Positions 10,045-19,719 of a DNA stretch of 57,766 nt are shown piece after piece. Each line of letters starts with the position of its first letter. Position 1 is the first letter of the stretch. The notes beneath the pieces were generated by a model. The model did no database searches, had not been told where the DNA came from, and worked only from the letters and a program-made list of their open reading frames with translations. Source of the stretch: Andalucia godoyi And28 (Eukaryota; Protista; Jakobida); assembly GCA_009859145.1 (NCBI GenBank), contig VRVR01000014.1, positions 68,222-125,987 of the forward strand, given 5' to 3'. The position numbers were made by a program, and so were the translations under genes.

Positions 10045-10553
10045 CCGAATATTCGCATGAGTTGCGTGCCTGCATGCATATGTTTTATGCTTTTTATTGA
10101 ATTAAAAAACCGAAAAGACCGCCTTTCCCCCCCCTTCCGTCCGTAGGAAGGAAGGGGCGCTTCCTTCTGCAGGCTGCTGAGTGTTAATATGCTGCGAGGT
10201 TCCCGCCAGAACTGAGCTACTGTACAGCCATTCTGCATCATCTGAAACATTTTCCCTCTCTTGACAGCCGAAACTCAAAAACCTTTTCAGATCCTTGGAA
10301 ATAGAGAAAGTGCACCAAAAGTCCACAGGAGGCATTTTCCTGTTTGTTTCGTTTGTTTTGTTTTGTTTTGTCGTTGTTGTTGTTGTGTGTGCGTGTGTGC
10401 GTGTGTGCGTGTGCGCTTCTTGTTGTTTTCTTTTTCCGTTTCGTGAACAACCTTGGCTTGGTTCTCCTTGAGAAAAAGAGTGAGCGTACATAATCATCTT
10501 TGCCCAGTGGAAAATCACAAGAAGATCAGTATTGGTTTGCCTACTAGAAGAAA

Positions 10554-11756
10554 ATGCAAGCAGGCGAAGAAGTCCGAGCACATGTCCTTGATCTTGGCAC
10601 ACACACACTCCGAGGTGGATTTGCAGGCGAAGATGTTCCTCGATGCTGGGAGCCTTCTTACTGCTATCTCGAACCTCAGTCATCTCCATTGTCCAGTAAT
10701 CCGAATGCTGCTGCTGCGTCCTCCTCCTCGCCTTTACTGAATCCGCGAGCAATTCTTACTTCGCATCGCAGAGACGGTCTTGAATTTTCACCGATTTCCA
10801 CGTCTCACTTTTCGGATGTTGCAACAAGTGTTTTTGAAACACATATGCGATCACGTCTCGCGGATTTTCCGATGCTCGTGACCGGCTCGCCAGCGTTTGC
10901 AGAGGATGTTGCTGGCCGCGAATTGATTGCCAAGCAGGCGTTTGAAGTGCTTCGGGTTCCCGGGATCTTTTTCGCCCGTGCTCCCGTGCTTTCGGCGTTC
11001 TGTGTTGGGAAACCCAATGCATTCGTGATTGACTGTGGCCATTCGCACACGACTGTCACTCCAGTGATTGATGGATACGCCCTTGGAAAGTCGACTGCAA
11101 CGTCTGCGGTGGAGCATGGCGCTGCGGTCTCGAAGCGACTCCGCGATGCGATCCTCGCCAAGCTTGAATCTGGAGGGGTGGCGGCAGAGGAGATGCTTCG
11201 ACCATTGTATGAAGTGAAGGCAAAGCAAAAGGGTCAAGGCGTGGACAGTGTGAGTCTTGCGTACCGGCAGTTTGCGGTGAACCGGCTGGTGGACGATGCC
11301 AAGGAAGGGTTGTGCGCGGTTGCCAAGGAACGGTTCCAGGATTTGCAGGGCGTTGCTCCAAAACAGTACGAGCTGCCGGACGGAAGGTCGATTGATCTTG
11401 GACAGGAGCGTGTCTTGGCGGTTGAGCCGTTTGTGCAGACGATTCCAGATCTAGTGATGGACAGTTTGGGCCGCACTGATCGCGACCATACAAAGGATTT
11501 ATTGGGAAATGTAGTGCTTTGCGGAGGAAACGCATCGTGGGCAGACTTGCTGTTCCGTCTTCAGCTCGATCTCGGAAGCCGAACAACGGGAGCTGCGCGT
11601 GTCAAGATCCACGGTCTGCAGGCAAACGATCGACGGTTTGCCACTTGGATCGGTGGATCCATCTTGTCCACTCTGGGGACGTTCCAGCAGATGTGGGTCT
11701 CGCGTGCCGAGTATGAAGAACATGGTGTATCCATTATCCACAAAAAGTGCCCGTAG
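10554..11756 (+). CDS. ARP4: Actin-related protein 4 (ARP4/BAF53/ACTL6-like)
   Basis: GEEVRAHVLDLGTHTLRGGFAGEDVP N-terminus and DRRFATWIGGSILSTLGTFQQMWVSRAEYEEHG...HKKCP C-terminus are ARP4-type. Confidence 0.9.
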   Translation: MQAGEEVRAHVLDLGTHTLRGGFAGEDVPRCWEPSYCYLEPQSSPLSSNPNAAAASSSSPLLNPRAILTSHRRDGLEFSPISTSHFSDVATSVFETHMRSRLADFPMLVTGSPAFAEDVAGRELIAKQAFEVLRVPGIFFARAPVLSAFCVGKPNAFVIDCGHSHTTVTPVIDGYALGKSTATSAVEHGAAVSKRLRDAILAKLESGGVAAEEMLRPLYEVKAKQKGQGVDSVSLAYRQFAVNRLVDDAKEGLCAVAKERFQDLQGVAPKQYELPDGRSIDLGQERVLAVEPFVQTIPDLVMDSLGRTDRDHTKDLLGNVVLCGGNASWADLLFRLQLDLGSRTTGAARVKIHGLQANDRRFATWIGGSILSTLGTFQQMWVSRAEYEEHGVSIIHKKCP

Positions 11757-11988
11757 ACACACATGCCGAGTTAGTGAGAAGAGCCATGCAACCTCTTCTG
11801 CGTCTCGTCCCCCAGAAAAGGAAAAACATGACAGTAAACAAATACGCACTTCAACGCATTCACTTTCTTTCTTTTTTCTTTTCTTTTTTGGCAGCATGTT
11901 TTGAAATTCAAGTGATGCAGACCGAGAGTGCTGGGTACAGCCCAATCTGTTCTGAACATGTTGGAAGAGAGCGCGGAACACCAAACTG

Positions 11989-12480
11989 TCAAAGCTTCGA
12001 GGCAATCGGAAACATAAAGGGAGCCTGAATCGACTGCTCCGAAGAATCACTTGCAGCACGCAGTGACGATGGTGACGATGATGGCAACAGACTCGACGCA
12101 AGAAGCGGCTTGTGTCGACGATCGTATTGGTCGTGCAGCTTGGGATAGAGCGAGCAAATCTTGCGCATCAGCATCAGCCAATATGCATTTGACGGTGGAA
12201 ATGCGGGCCCAATCCACGCAACGAGACTTGGGGAGCCTGCGACCCGCCGCGCGATCGTCTCCATCATTCGCAGAGACGGATTTTGAAGCAGGATACTGTG
12301 TAGAATTGTATGTGGGATAATGTGACCAAGAGTGAGTCGAGTGTAGAGCGCGAGGATTTCTTTGGGCTCGCTGCGGTCTGTGAGTAGCAGTGGCAGCAAC
12401 ATCGACCCCGCAATACCGCCAGCTTGAGATCCCAAATGCACCCCGACTGCCTCCGACGTCGATAACCGTAGCCCAGTCAT
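11989..12480 (-). CDS. Hypothetical protein (~163 aa)
   Basis: Open frame with coding-like composition between ARP4 and a CA/GA microsatellite. No recognised motif. Confidence 0.4.
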   Translation of the reverse strand: MTGLRLSTSEAVGVHLGSQAGGIAGSMLLPLLLTDRSEPKEILALYTRLTLGHIIPHTILHSILLQNPSLRMMETIARRVAGSPSLVAWIGPAFPPSNAYWLMLMRKICSLYPKLHDQYDRRHKPLLASSLLPSSSPSSLRAASDSSEQSIQAPFMFPIASKL

Positions 12481-13459
12481 AACACCAGTAGCAGCAGAAT
12501 CACACGAGGCGAAAGACGAGCTGAGAGACGAAGGAGTACTGAGCACACACACACACACACACACACCAAGAGAGAGGCAAGACGGCGAGATGATGCACAA
12601 TGGAAAACAATGAAAAACGAAGCGATAACAAAGCAGACGTGTCCCCCAACTTGTTGGCAGGTGTTGTTGTAACCCACTCTCGACCGTTGAATAAATGACA
12701 CGCCATTGTCATGCATACGGGGAAGTATACGTAAACAGACACGGTCGACACTGGCCTACACTAGCACGTTTCTGTTTCACAGGAATTCGTGCTTATGCAC
12801 GCTCGGCCAAAATTCAGCAGGTGACACAGGCTCTGCATTTTCGACACTATCTAAGGCAGCATCCGTAGCCATCTATTCTATCATTCGTTGGTTCCACTTT
12901 TTGCAACGTTTGTTCCATAAGGCGACCGAGTACCGCGAGCGGCGGAAGCAAAGTGGTTGCATGTTCCCGCGTGCAGCTCACCGATTGATCGAGATTGGGA
13001 ACGGAGCGTGGAGCATTTATCTGAAGAGCGCCGTGAGGCATGTTGGGGCCCATCCCTTCCAGGCAGCGGGATGCAAGGATTGAGTATGCATGGCTATTCG
13101 TAGATATGCATGTTCAGTGTGTAATGTAGGTGTACTTTACCTCACTCACCAGATATTTCAGACAATGCTTGCTTCGCTCGACCTTATTCATGCACACCAA
13201 TCCATCGTCTTGCGTGTTTGTTTGTTTGGTTTTTTTTGGTTTTATGGTTTTCTTGCTCCCCCTTAGTCTTCTCGCGCGCAGCATCTATCGGAAGAACGCT
13301 TCGGCGTACTGGAGCCTCCGCCCTTCTGAATTGAATTCACATTTTCGGTTCCGGTGCAAGACTTCTCAACGTGGTGGAGAGTGCGTGAAAAGCATATCAG
13401 GATTTTTATTTTATTTTTTTTGTTTGTTTTTAACAACTGCAAAGAGTTATGGCTGCTAA

Positions 13460-13978
13460 TCATTTCTGTTGGTTGCTGGCGGTCCAGAGGGCAGCAAGGT
13501 CTCCCTGAAAGACGGAATCGACCTTTTGTGCGGCGACCTTGCCGACCTTTCCTGCTTCGTATGCAAGGAACACCGACTGCGCAGGATAAACAAGGACGCA
13601 CGCGGCCAGAGCGCCTGCAAGCGCGCATCGCGTCTGTGCAAACCGGCCGATTCTGCTAATCGTACCGACAATTCCGCCCGCTGTTGCGCCTGCAGCACAC
13701 ACTGTGATTGGTGCAACAAACGGGAATCTCGTTTGGAAGGACTCGAGCGATTCGCGTGTGTGAGAGACGGAAGACGACACTGCGTTTGCGACCTCATCCG
13801 AGGTTGTTCGCAGCGTCGAGACGGACGACTGGAAGAAAGAAGCAGAGGTTGTGTACGACATGCGAAGTGCAGAGGCAAAGGAAAGAAGCGGAGCAGACGA
13901 TGCGCCTGTAATACCAAGCTTGGGACCCGTCTCGCGCTCAGGATCAAACGGAAGAAGCGATCCAGACACAACCTTCAT
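13460..13978 (-). CDS. Small membrane protein, possibly MIC26/MIC27 (ApoO)-like
   Basis: 172 aa with a coiled-coil-like Ser/Thr-rich middle, then two Gly/Ala-rich hydrophobic segments separated by a basic linker (ISRIGRFAQTR) and ending in LVYP. This resembles the ApoO ...LCYP layout. The ORF itself is well bounded; the family call is tentative. Confidence 0.45.
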   Translation of the reverse strand: MKVVSGSLLPFDPERETGPKLGITGASSAPLLSFASALRMSYTTSASFFQSSVSTLRTTSDEVANAVSSSVSHTRESLESFQTRFPFVAPITVCAAGATAGGIVGTISRIGRFAQTRCALAGALAACVLVYPAQSVFLAYEAGKVGKVAAQKVDSVFQGDLAALWTASNQQK

Positions 13979-14437
13979 GTCTCACAAATCCATAAACAAC
14001 ACACAAAACACAAATAGACACACACTCACTCACACTCACACAAGCACAAGCACAAGCACCTTGAACTACAGAAGAATACACACAGCGCAGCCGATCGTTT
14101 GGTCTTTGGTTTTGCGTTGTTCGTTGTTGTCGTCTATCTTCTACAAAATTAAAAGGGATTGGGGAACCTCGGTCAAACCACAGCTTTGGGAAGGACTTGC
14201 ATGAACTACAGCAGATGGATCGTCATCAAAACGGATCGTGCTATTTTTTTAATTTTGGCTTTTCTTTTAATACACAGAACGTGTTTCTGGGCCTTGCGTG
14301 CTCGCTCTCTATACACGGCCCAATCGACCCCTCGACAACATCGCAACATGCACAAGCAACAACAAGACTCACACACTCACCCAAAACACGCACACGCTCA
14401 CACACATTCCATTCCACTTTGCATGCGTCCTCTGCGG

Positions 14438-14719
14438 CTACTTCTTGACGAATTCCTTTGGAGTGGAGGTGTTGAGCGAGTGATTTCTATAGTTACCGGC
14501 GAACCCAAACTCGCGAGTGAACGTTCCCTGGCGTCCAAAGTAGCGTTTTGAGACAGAGAGCTGCTCCTCCGAACCAGCACCTGCAGATCCATTCAAAGAG
14601 GAGGAGGAAGAAGAAAGGTCCGCTGCAGCTGTTTGCTTTTGGGCTACTTTGGCTCCAATTGCAGATTGTGTCGTGCGGTACAAAGGATGCTGAACTGGTT
14701 TCGTACTAGCTGCGTTCAT
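14438..14719 (-). CDS. Pierce1/2 / FAP182-like (DUF4490) ciliary microtubule inner protein
   Basis: HPLYRTTQSAIG and KRYFGRQGTFTREFGFAGNYRNHSLNTS resemble Pierce1 YRTSNQAYG...FYPNSNKFSQQLAAGGMFRNNTLN. 93 aa; an alternative ATG lies at 14728. Confidence 0.7.
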   Translation of the reverse strand: MNAASTKPVQHPLYRTTQSAIGAKVAQKQTAAADLSSSSSSLNGSAGAGSEEQLSVSKRYFGRQGTFTREFGFAGNYRNHSLNTSTPKEFVKK

Positions 14720-14764
14720 GTCGATCATCAATAAAAGCACTGCGCTTCTTTTGTGTGTGTGTGC

Positions 14765-14860
14765 GAGAGAGACAGAGACACAGACACAGACACAGACACA
14801 GAGACAGAGACAGAGACAGAGACAGAGAGAGACAGAGAGAGACAGAGAGACAGAGAGAGA
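14765..14860. repeat. Compound (GAGACA)/(GACACA)/(GA)n microsatellite
   Basis: Directly visible hexamer/dimer tandem repeat. Confidence 0.95.
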
Positions 14861-15159
14861 TGCGACCGAAAAGGACGATGATGAGCACGGAGTTTGATAT
14901 TGTCGGACGATCTTTTCAAGAAACAACAACGGTTTCGACGGTTGTCTGGAATCAATTGATGCTGCAATGCAGAAGAAAATTCGTTCCCAGACTGCTTACT
15001 GTAATCAGCCCTCGACTGCGCTCTCGAGTTTTTGAAGTTCCCAACAAAAGACTTTTCCGAGTCGTTAGCAGTAAGTCATCGCTTATTCGTGTATGCTACT
15101 CGGTGGAACGAATTCGAAGAATTTATCACGACGTGGAGATTCGCCGTCTATATGCGTAA
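14860..15159 (+). CDS. Possible small basic hypothetical protein (99 aa)
   Basis: Arg-rich ORF in a moderately GC island bounded by two microsatellites. No motif recognised. Confidence 0.25.
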   Translation: MRPKRTMMSTEFDIVGRSFQETTTVSTVVWNQLMLQCRRKFVPRLLTVISPRLRSRVFEVPNKRLFRVVSSKSSLIRVCYSVERIRRIYHDVEIRRLYA

Positions 15160-15214
15160 TCACACACACAAAACGAACGAATCGCCTGTAATTATATAAT
15201 TTGTTTGTTTGTTG

Positions 15215-15218
<4 letters not shown>

Positions 15219-15258
<40 letters not shown>
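15219..15258. repeat. (GT)20 microsatellite
   Basis: Directly visible. Confidence 0.97.
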
Positions 15259-15260
<2 letters not shown>

Positions 15261-15385
15261 TTTTTTTAAAATAAGATCTTCCTTCGAAACTTGCATAGTA
15301 TTGGAATTGGCCTTGTAGAAATAGACTCGGTGTGGCGGATTAGAGTAGAGTTGTAGTCTTTGAGCTAAAGGAGTGATTGCTTATC

Positions 15386-16960
15386 ATGAATACATATCTG
15401 CCTCGACAGACTCCTGGACAGCCGCGATTGAAGAAAAGAGGTCCGACACACCATGCGGTAATTGCGCTGGCTTTTGTCTTCTTGTCTGCGGTGTTTGTTG
15501 CGGTCTATCTAGCGTATTACAGACTTACTGCCTTCCGCTGGGTTCCAAAAATGCAGCTGGAATGGATGCTGAGACGAGCTGCAAACTTTGATACGCCGAG
15601 ACTCGTCGAGGAATCCCCAGTCGAAGCACAAATGTTTCAATTAACAATCCAAGAGTTGCAGCATAACAAAAAATCGCTCGTCTACAAGCACTTCGGAATG
15701 GCCCCAAGGCGTGCAAGTGCGTCGGAGGATCCGTCCAGTGCCAATGCCAGTGCGTCGGAGGATCCGTCCAGTGCCAATGCCAGTGCAGCGGCGACGGCAA
15801 CTGCTGGTGCAGAAGTGCTGCATCCGAATGCATGTGTGGTATTTCTAATTCAGCGAGTTCACTCGTCGTTCCATCGCGAGTCTCTGTCGAACCTTTCGAA
15901 ATCGCTCCATCTGCTGTTTGAAAATTGGCCAGATGTCAGAAATTACGATGTCCTGCTGTTCCATGGCGGCGAATTCGACTCGTGGACAGCGGCACAGGAG
16001 TTGAATGCGGCTCTCGGGCGTGCGATTTCGGCATTCGTCAAAGTTGTACGTGTTCCTCACCGATACTGGGGAGTTCCGACAGACACTGTCGGCAAGGAAG
16101 TGTACATGCAGGACTGGGATCATCAGTGGCAGTCAGAAGGGTACCGACACATGACTCGCTGGTTTGCGTACAACATGATGGAGTATCTGCACGAGGTTGG
16201 ATACGACTACGTGATTCGACTGGATGACGACAGCTTCGTCAGGACTCCGATCGTTGACGATCCGTTTGTGCAGATGCAAATGAATCAATGGGTGTACGGA
16301 TACCACATGTTGCTGCTCGAACCGGTCTATCTGATGCTGCCGGAGGTTGTCGCACACTACATTCAACAACACAGCGTTAACCCCACTATGCTTTTTGACT
16401 ATGTCAGTCCCGAGCGCAACGTGAAGTCTCTTTTGCTTCCAAGACAAGGATGGAATCTGCAAAATCTGTCGAATTCGTGGCCGTGTGTCGGACCGAGTTG
16501 CGGAACTGGCTGGTCAGGTGTGGCGTACTACACAAACTTTTTTGTCGCTGACATCGGTTTTTGGATGCGCCCAGAGGTGCGCGAGTTTTGGCTGTATCTC
16601 GATCGTTCTGGGGGCATGTATTTGCGACGTTGGGGTGACGTTATGGTCCACACAATGATCGTGCAAATCTTTGCGAAGCCTTCTGAGGTGCATCAGTTCG
16701 ACGACTTCGTATACGAGCATGTGACTCGGAAAGATGGAAAGTGCAATTATGGAGGAATGCGAGGTTCTTGGAATGTGAAGGACCGAGCCCGGATGGAAAC
16801 GCTGCTGAACGAGTTTCTTGAACAGAATGCTCCTGAAGCCGTGCGAGTCGGCGATGGCGCGTACTGCGATCCCATTTTCTTCTTCCAAGATAGGTGCAGC
16901 CCCCACCTGGGCAGGAATCATACAGGTTGCTTGCAGAAAAATCCACAGACAGTAGAATAG
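15386..16960 (+). CDS. Glycosyltransferase family 15 (KRE2/MNT1-like alpha-1,2-mannosyltransferase), type II membrane
   Basis: N-terminal signal anchor (HAVIALAFVFLSAVFVAVYLAYY) plus GYRHMTRWF, GYDYVIRLDDDS, YYTNFFVADIGFW and YLDRSGGMYLRRWGD, which are GT15 motifs. Confidence 0.9.
   Translation: MNTYLPRQTPGQPRLKKRGPTHHAVIALAFVFLSAVFVAVYLAYYRLTAFRWVPKMQLEWMLRRAANFDTPRLVEESPVEAQMFQLTIQELQHNKKSLVYKHFGMAPRRASASEDPSSANASASEDPSSANASAAATATAGAEVLHPNACVVFLIQRVHSSFHRESLSNLSKSLHLLFENWPDVRNYDVLLFHGGEFDSWTAAQELNAALGRAISAFVKVVRVPHRYWGVPTDTVGKEVYMQDWDHQWQSEGYRHMTRWFAYNMMEYLHEVGYDYVIRLDDDSFVRTPIVDDPFVQMQMNQWVYGYHMLLLEPVYLMLPEVVAHYIQQHSVNPTMLFDYVSPERNVKSLLLPRQGWNLQNLSNSWPCVGPSCGTGWSGVAYYTNFFVADIGFWMRPEVREFWLYLDRSGGMYLRRWGDVMVHTMIVQIFAKPSEVHQFDDFVYEHVTRKDGKCNYGGMRGSWNVKDRARMETLLNEFLEQNAPEAVRVGDGAYCDPIFFFQDRCSPHLGRNHTGCLQKNPQTVE
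15716..15786 (+). repeat. Exact 33-bp in-frame tandem duplication (ASEDPSSANAS x2) in the GT15 stem
   Basis: agtgcgtcggaggatccgtccagtgccaatgcc occurs at 15716-15748 and 15749-15781. Confidence 0.95.
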
Positions 16961-17201
16961 TTTTTAATAAATTAGCCGTAAACTGCACCGCCTGTGTCAG
17001 TCCCCCAAGGTGCAATACACCACCAACAATTCCGCGAAAGAGAATCAATTTTTCTATCTCCATTGATTTCTTCTCCTCCTTTCTATTTTCTCTTTCTCTC
17101 TTCTTCTTTTTTTCCCCTCCTTCCCCCTCCCCCAATTCTTTGTTTCATTCTTGTACAACACGATCTAGCAAGTGTGCATTCATATTTCTCGGCAAACGCG
17201 T

Positions 17202-18428
17202 CTACTGCATACTATGCATCGGTCTATACGAAACGGTTTCAAGGGCAGGGCAGGATTTCTCTGAGATGGCATCGTCAAACCGTTCCATGATCATCTCCAC
17301 ACATGCAAATGAATACGCGCGTACGGTCTTGTCAATGTCCCACGGCTCCAGAAGAGCAGTGCGTCGCAAGAATCGACTCACTGTTGCAATGTGGATCTTG
17401 ACCATTCCATCAAAATTATCTGGATCTCCGTACTCGTAGCGGTTCACCGTTCCGCCGACTCGGTTGCGAAGAACCAAATTGCTGTTGTTCACCGCAGAAC
17501 TGAGCACAGAGTACAGCGTAAAGATCCAGGGATCGTTATTCGCACCACGGAAGGAGATTGGATAATGAGATCCGGAAAATATGTTCATATGAATACGGGA
17601 GACGACATGAAAAGTCGGGAAATTGGGCATCCACTGGTCATGGAACACCGAAATGCCGAATCCAGGAAGCTTTGGATGCTCGATAAGGTTGATGGCATGC
17701 CGATATGCCCAGTTCTTCGTGAAGATCTCCACGTCATCATTCATTGGCGTGTAAAAATGGGCTCCATCCGCGTACGCTTGCTTACTGAGAATATTCCAAA
17801 TTGCGTTGATGCGACCTTGCAATCCATACAGTGGTATCCATGCAAAAGAAACCTTGGCTTCGGAAGGACATGTTTGCACCAACCACTTTTCATAGTAGTC
17901 TTGGAATGAGACTGAGTCCAGAACCGGGTCGCCAAAATCGTAACCAACGTAGAAGCGATACTCAAAGTAGTGGAGCGACTCGTCGGAAAGCGTGCGGCAA
18001 AAGGAGGCTCCAAAATACTTGACCATCAGCTGATCAAAAAAGTTGGATCCCAAACGCAGGATCTCAGATCGCACCGGCAGGAGCACCGCGAACAGCAGCA
18101 GCCTGTCTGGGAATTCTGCAAACATTGTCTTTGAAAACTTGGATAATGGATCGGATGTCGCAAACGATTCTGAGCGAACAGAAGCTAAGCTCGGTGCTCG
18201 CTCAGACACGTCAACGTCAAATACATAGCACAACTCAGGACACACTTTCGCCTCCGGACTGAAAACGTTATATTTCACAATGATCCAGATTGCAAACAAG
18301 ACAGCAACCAGACAGCATCCGGCAAATCCCAATGCAAACAAAGATCTGCCATGTGAATCAAACATCACCCGACTGTCATGCGATGGGCTGCGATCTGGGA
18401 CCAGCCTTCGACCCAGTCTCTGTTTCAT
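17202..18428 (-). CDS. GT-A fold glycosyltransferase (GT2-like), type II membrane protein
   Basis: Signal anchor (LFALGFAGCCLVAVLFAIWIIV), FYVGYDFGDP, WNILSKQAYADGAHFYTPMNDDVEI (DxD-like NDD), FHVVSRIHMNIF and NDPWIFTLY. 408 aa from MKQRLG. Confidence 0.75.
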   Translation of the reverse strand: MKQRLGRRLVPDRSPSHDSRVMFDSHGRSLFALGFAGCCLVAVLFAIWIIVKYNVFSPEAKVCPELCYVFDVDVSERAPSLASVRSESFATSDPLSKFSKTMFAEFPDRLLLFAVLLPVRSEILRLGSNFFDQLMVKYFGASFCRTLSDESLHYFEYRFYVGYDFGDPVLDSVSFQDYYEKWLVQTCPSEAKVSFAWIPLYGLQGRINAIWNILSKQAYADGAHFYTPMNDDVEIFTKNWAYRHAINLIEHPKLPGFGISVFHDQWMPNFPTFHVVSRIHMNIFSGSHYPISFRGANNDPWIFTLYSVLSSAVNNSNLVLRNRVGGTVNRYEYGDPDNFDGMVKIHIATVSRFLRRTALLEPWDIDKTVRAYSFACVEMIMERFDDAISEKSCPALETVSYRPMHSMQ

Positions 18429-18564
18429 CCGCTCGTCTCTAACAACAACAAAAACGGGAGCAAGAAAGGGGGAAAAGATATGTGGATATATACAGAGCTT
18501 GCACAGAAACAAATAAAGTTAATTATAAAAAAACCTAAAATCCAGAACGGGATAGAGTGAATGC

Positions 18565-18585
18565 GTGTGTTTGTGTTTGTGTGTT

Positions 18586-18644
<59 letters not shown>
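18565..18644. repeat. (GT)n/(GTTTGT)n microsatellite
   Basis: Directly visible; the pure (GT) run spans about 18593-18644. Confidence 0.97.
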
Positions 18645-18646
<2 letters not shown>

Positions 18647-19719
18647 GTGTATGTGAGTGTATGTGGGGAGGTTGCCAATGTCAGCAGAGGCTGGATACGA
18701 TGTGGATGACGAGACTAGGCCGATTCAAGAGAGGGAAACCAGCAATGCAGACAACAAAAGTTTGATATTCAACCACAAAAAAAAATTGACGAAGGAAAAC
18801 GAGAAGAAAAAAATCCTGAATCAACGATGAGCGATAAAGTCAAATATCAGTAGTTCATGAATGGCTCATAAAAATGAATGTCCTTGTATTTCTTCGTCCC
18901 GCTCTGGCTTCCTTTCTTCTATCCAATTGTTCCCGCTCTTTCTTGTGTGTGAAAAGAAAGAAATAAAGGAGGTAAGTCAGGAAACAGCTGCTGAAACAAC
19001 ACAAAACACAAAATATTACCAATGCAAAACTGTAAATCACAGGAATAAAACAAATAAAATATAAATGACGATGGAAATGGAGATGGACAAGCAAATGGGA
19101 ATGCAGAAACGAGAAACACTTAGTGAAAAAAATAGAGAGACATTGAAAAGAAGGATGGTGGTGACTTTGGGGGACTTTTGGGTGGAGAAATTCCCGAGCG
19201 ACGCAGATTAAAAATGAAAACCTCCCTTGCAAAAGTCGTGTCTCGTGCAAGTTTAGTGAGGTTTATCGTTGGCGCCAGTTCGCGAACTCTGTATTTAAAA
19301 CTCGCTCTTGACAAAACACACGCATCCCATTTTCCCTCTCTTTTTTTCTTCTGCTATACCCGTCTCCCCCTCGCTCAGCAATAAAGGGTTCTCCTGCGGC
19401 AAGGCTAACGAACACTGCTTCTTTCTTTCTCAAAGAATCCAGCAATCATATAGAGAGAAAGAGAGAGACGGCACCGCTGGTTGTACTGATTGTGGCGGTA
19501 TCCTCCCGCGTCCTGTGTTCCCGGGGTTTTTTTTTTTTTTGGGGGGGGGGGGGTTGTTCTTTTCATTTTGTTCCTTCTGCATGCATCTCAAGTTCGCAAC
19601 TGCCCTGCCGTTTTGAATTTTGGGAACACGCAGTCTGCTGGAAAAATACGTGTTTTGGTCGTCGAATAATAATGATGATGATGACGAGGAGGAGGATGAA
19701 TGAGGCAACGACGACGCTG

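Noticed and set aside
18520-19700. Longest spacer, containing ORFs 18855-19250, 18861-19064 and others
   Set aside because: These are low-complexity, AT- or repeat-derived translations with no protein-like signal.
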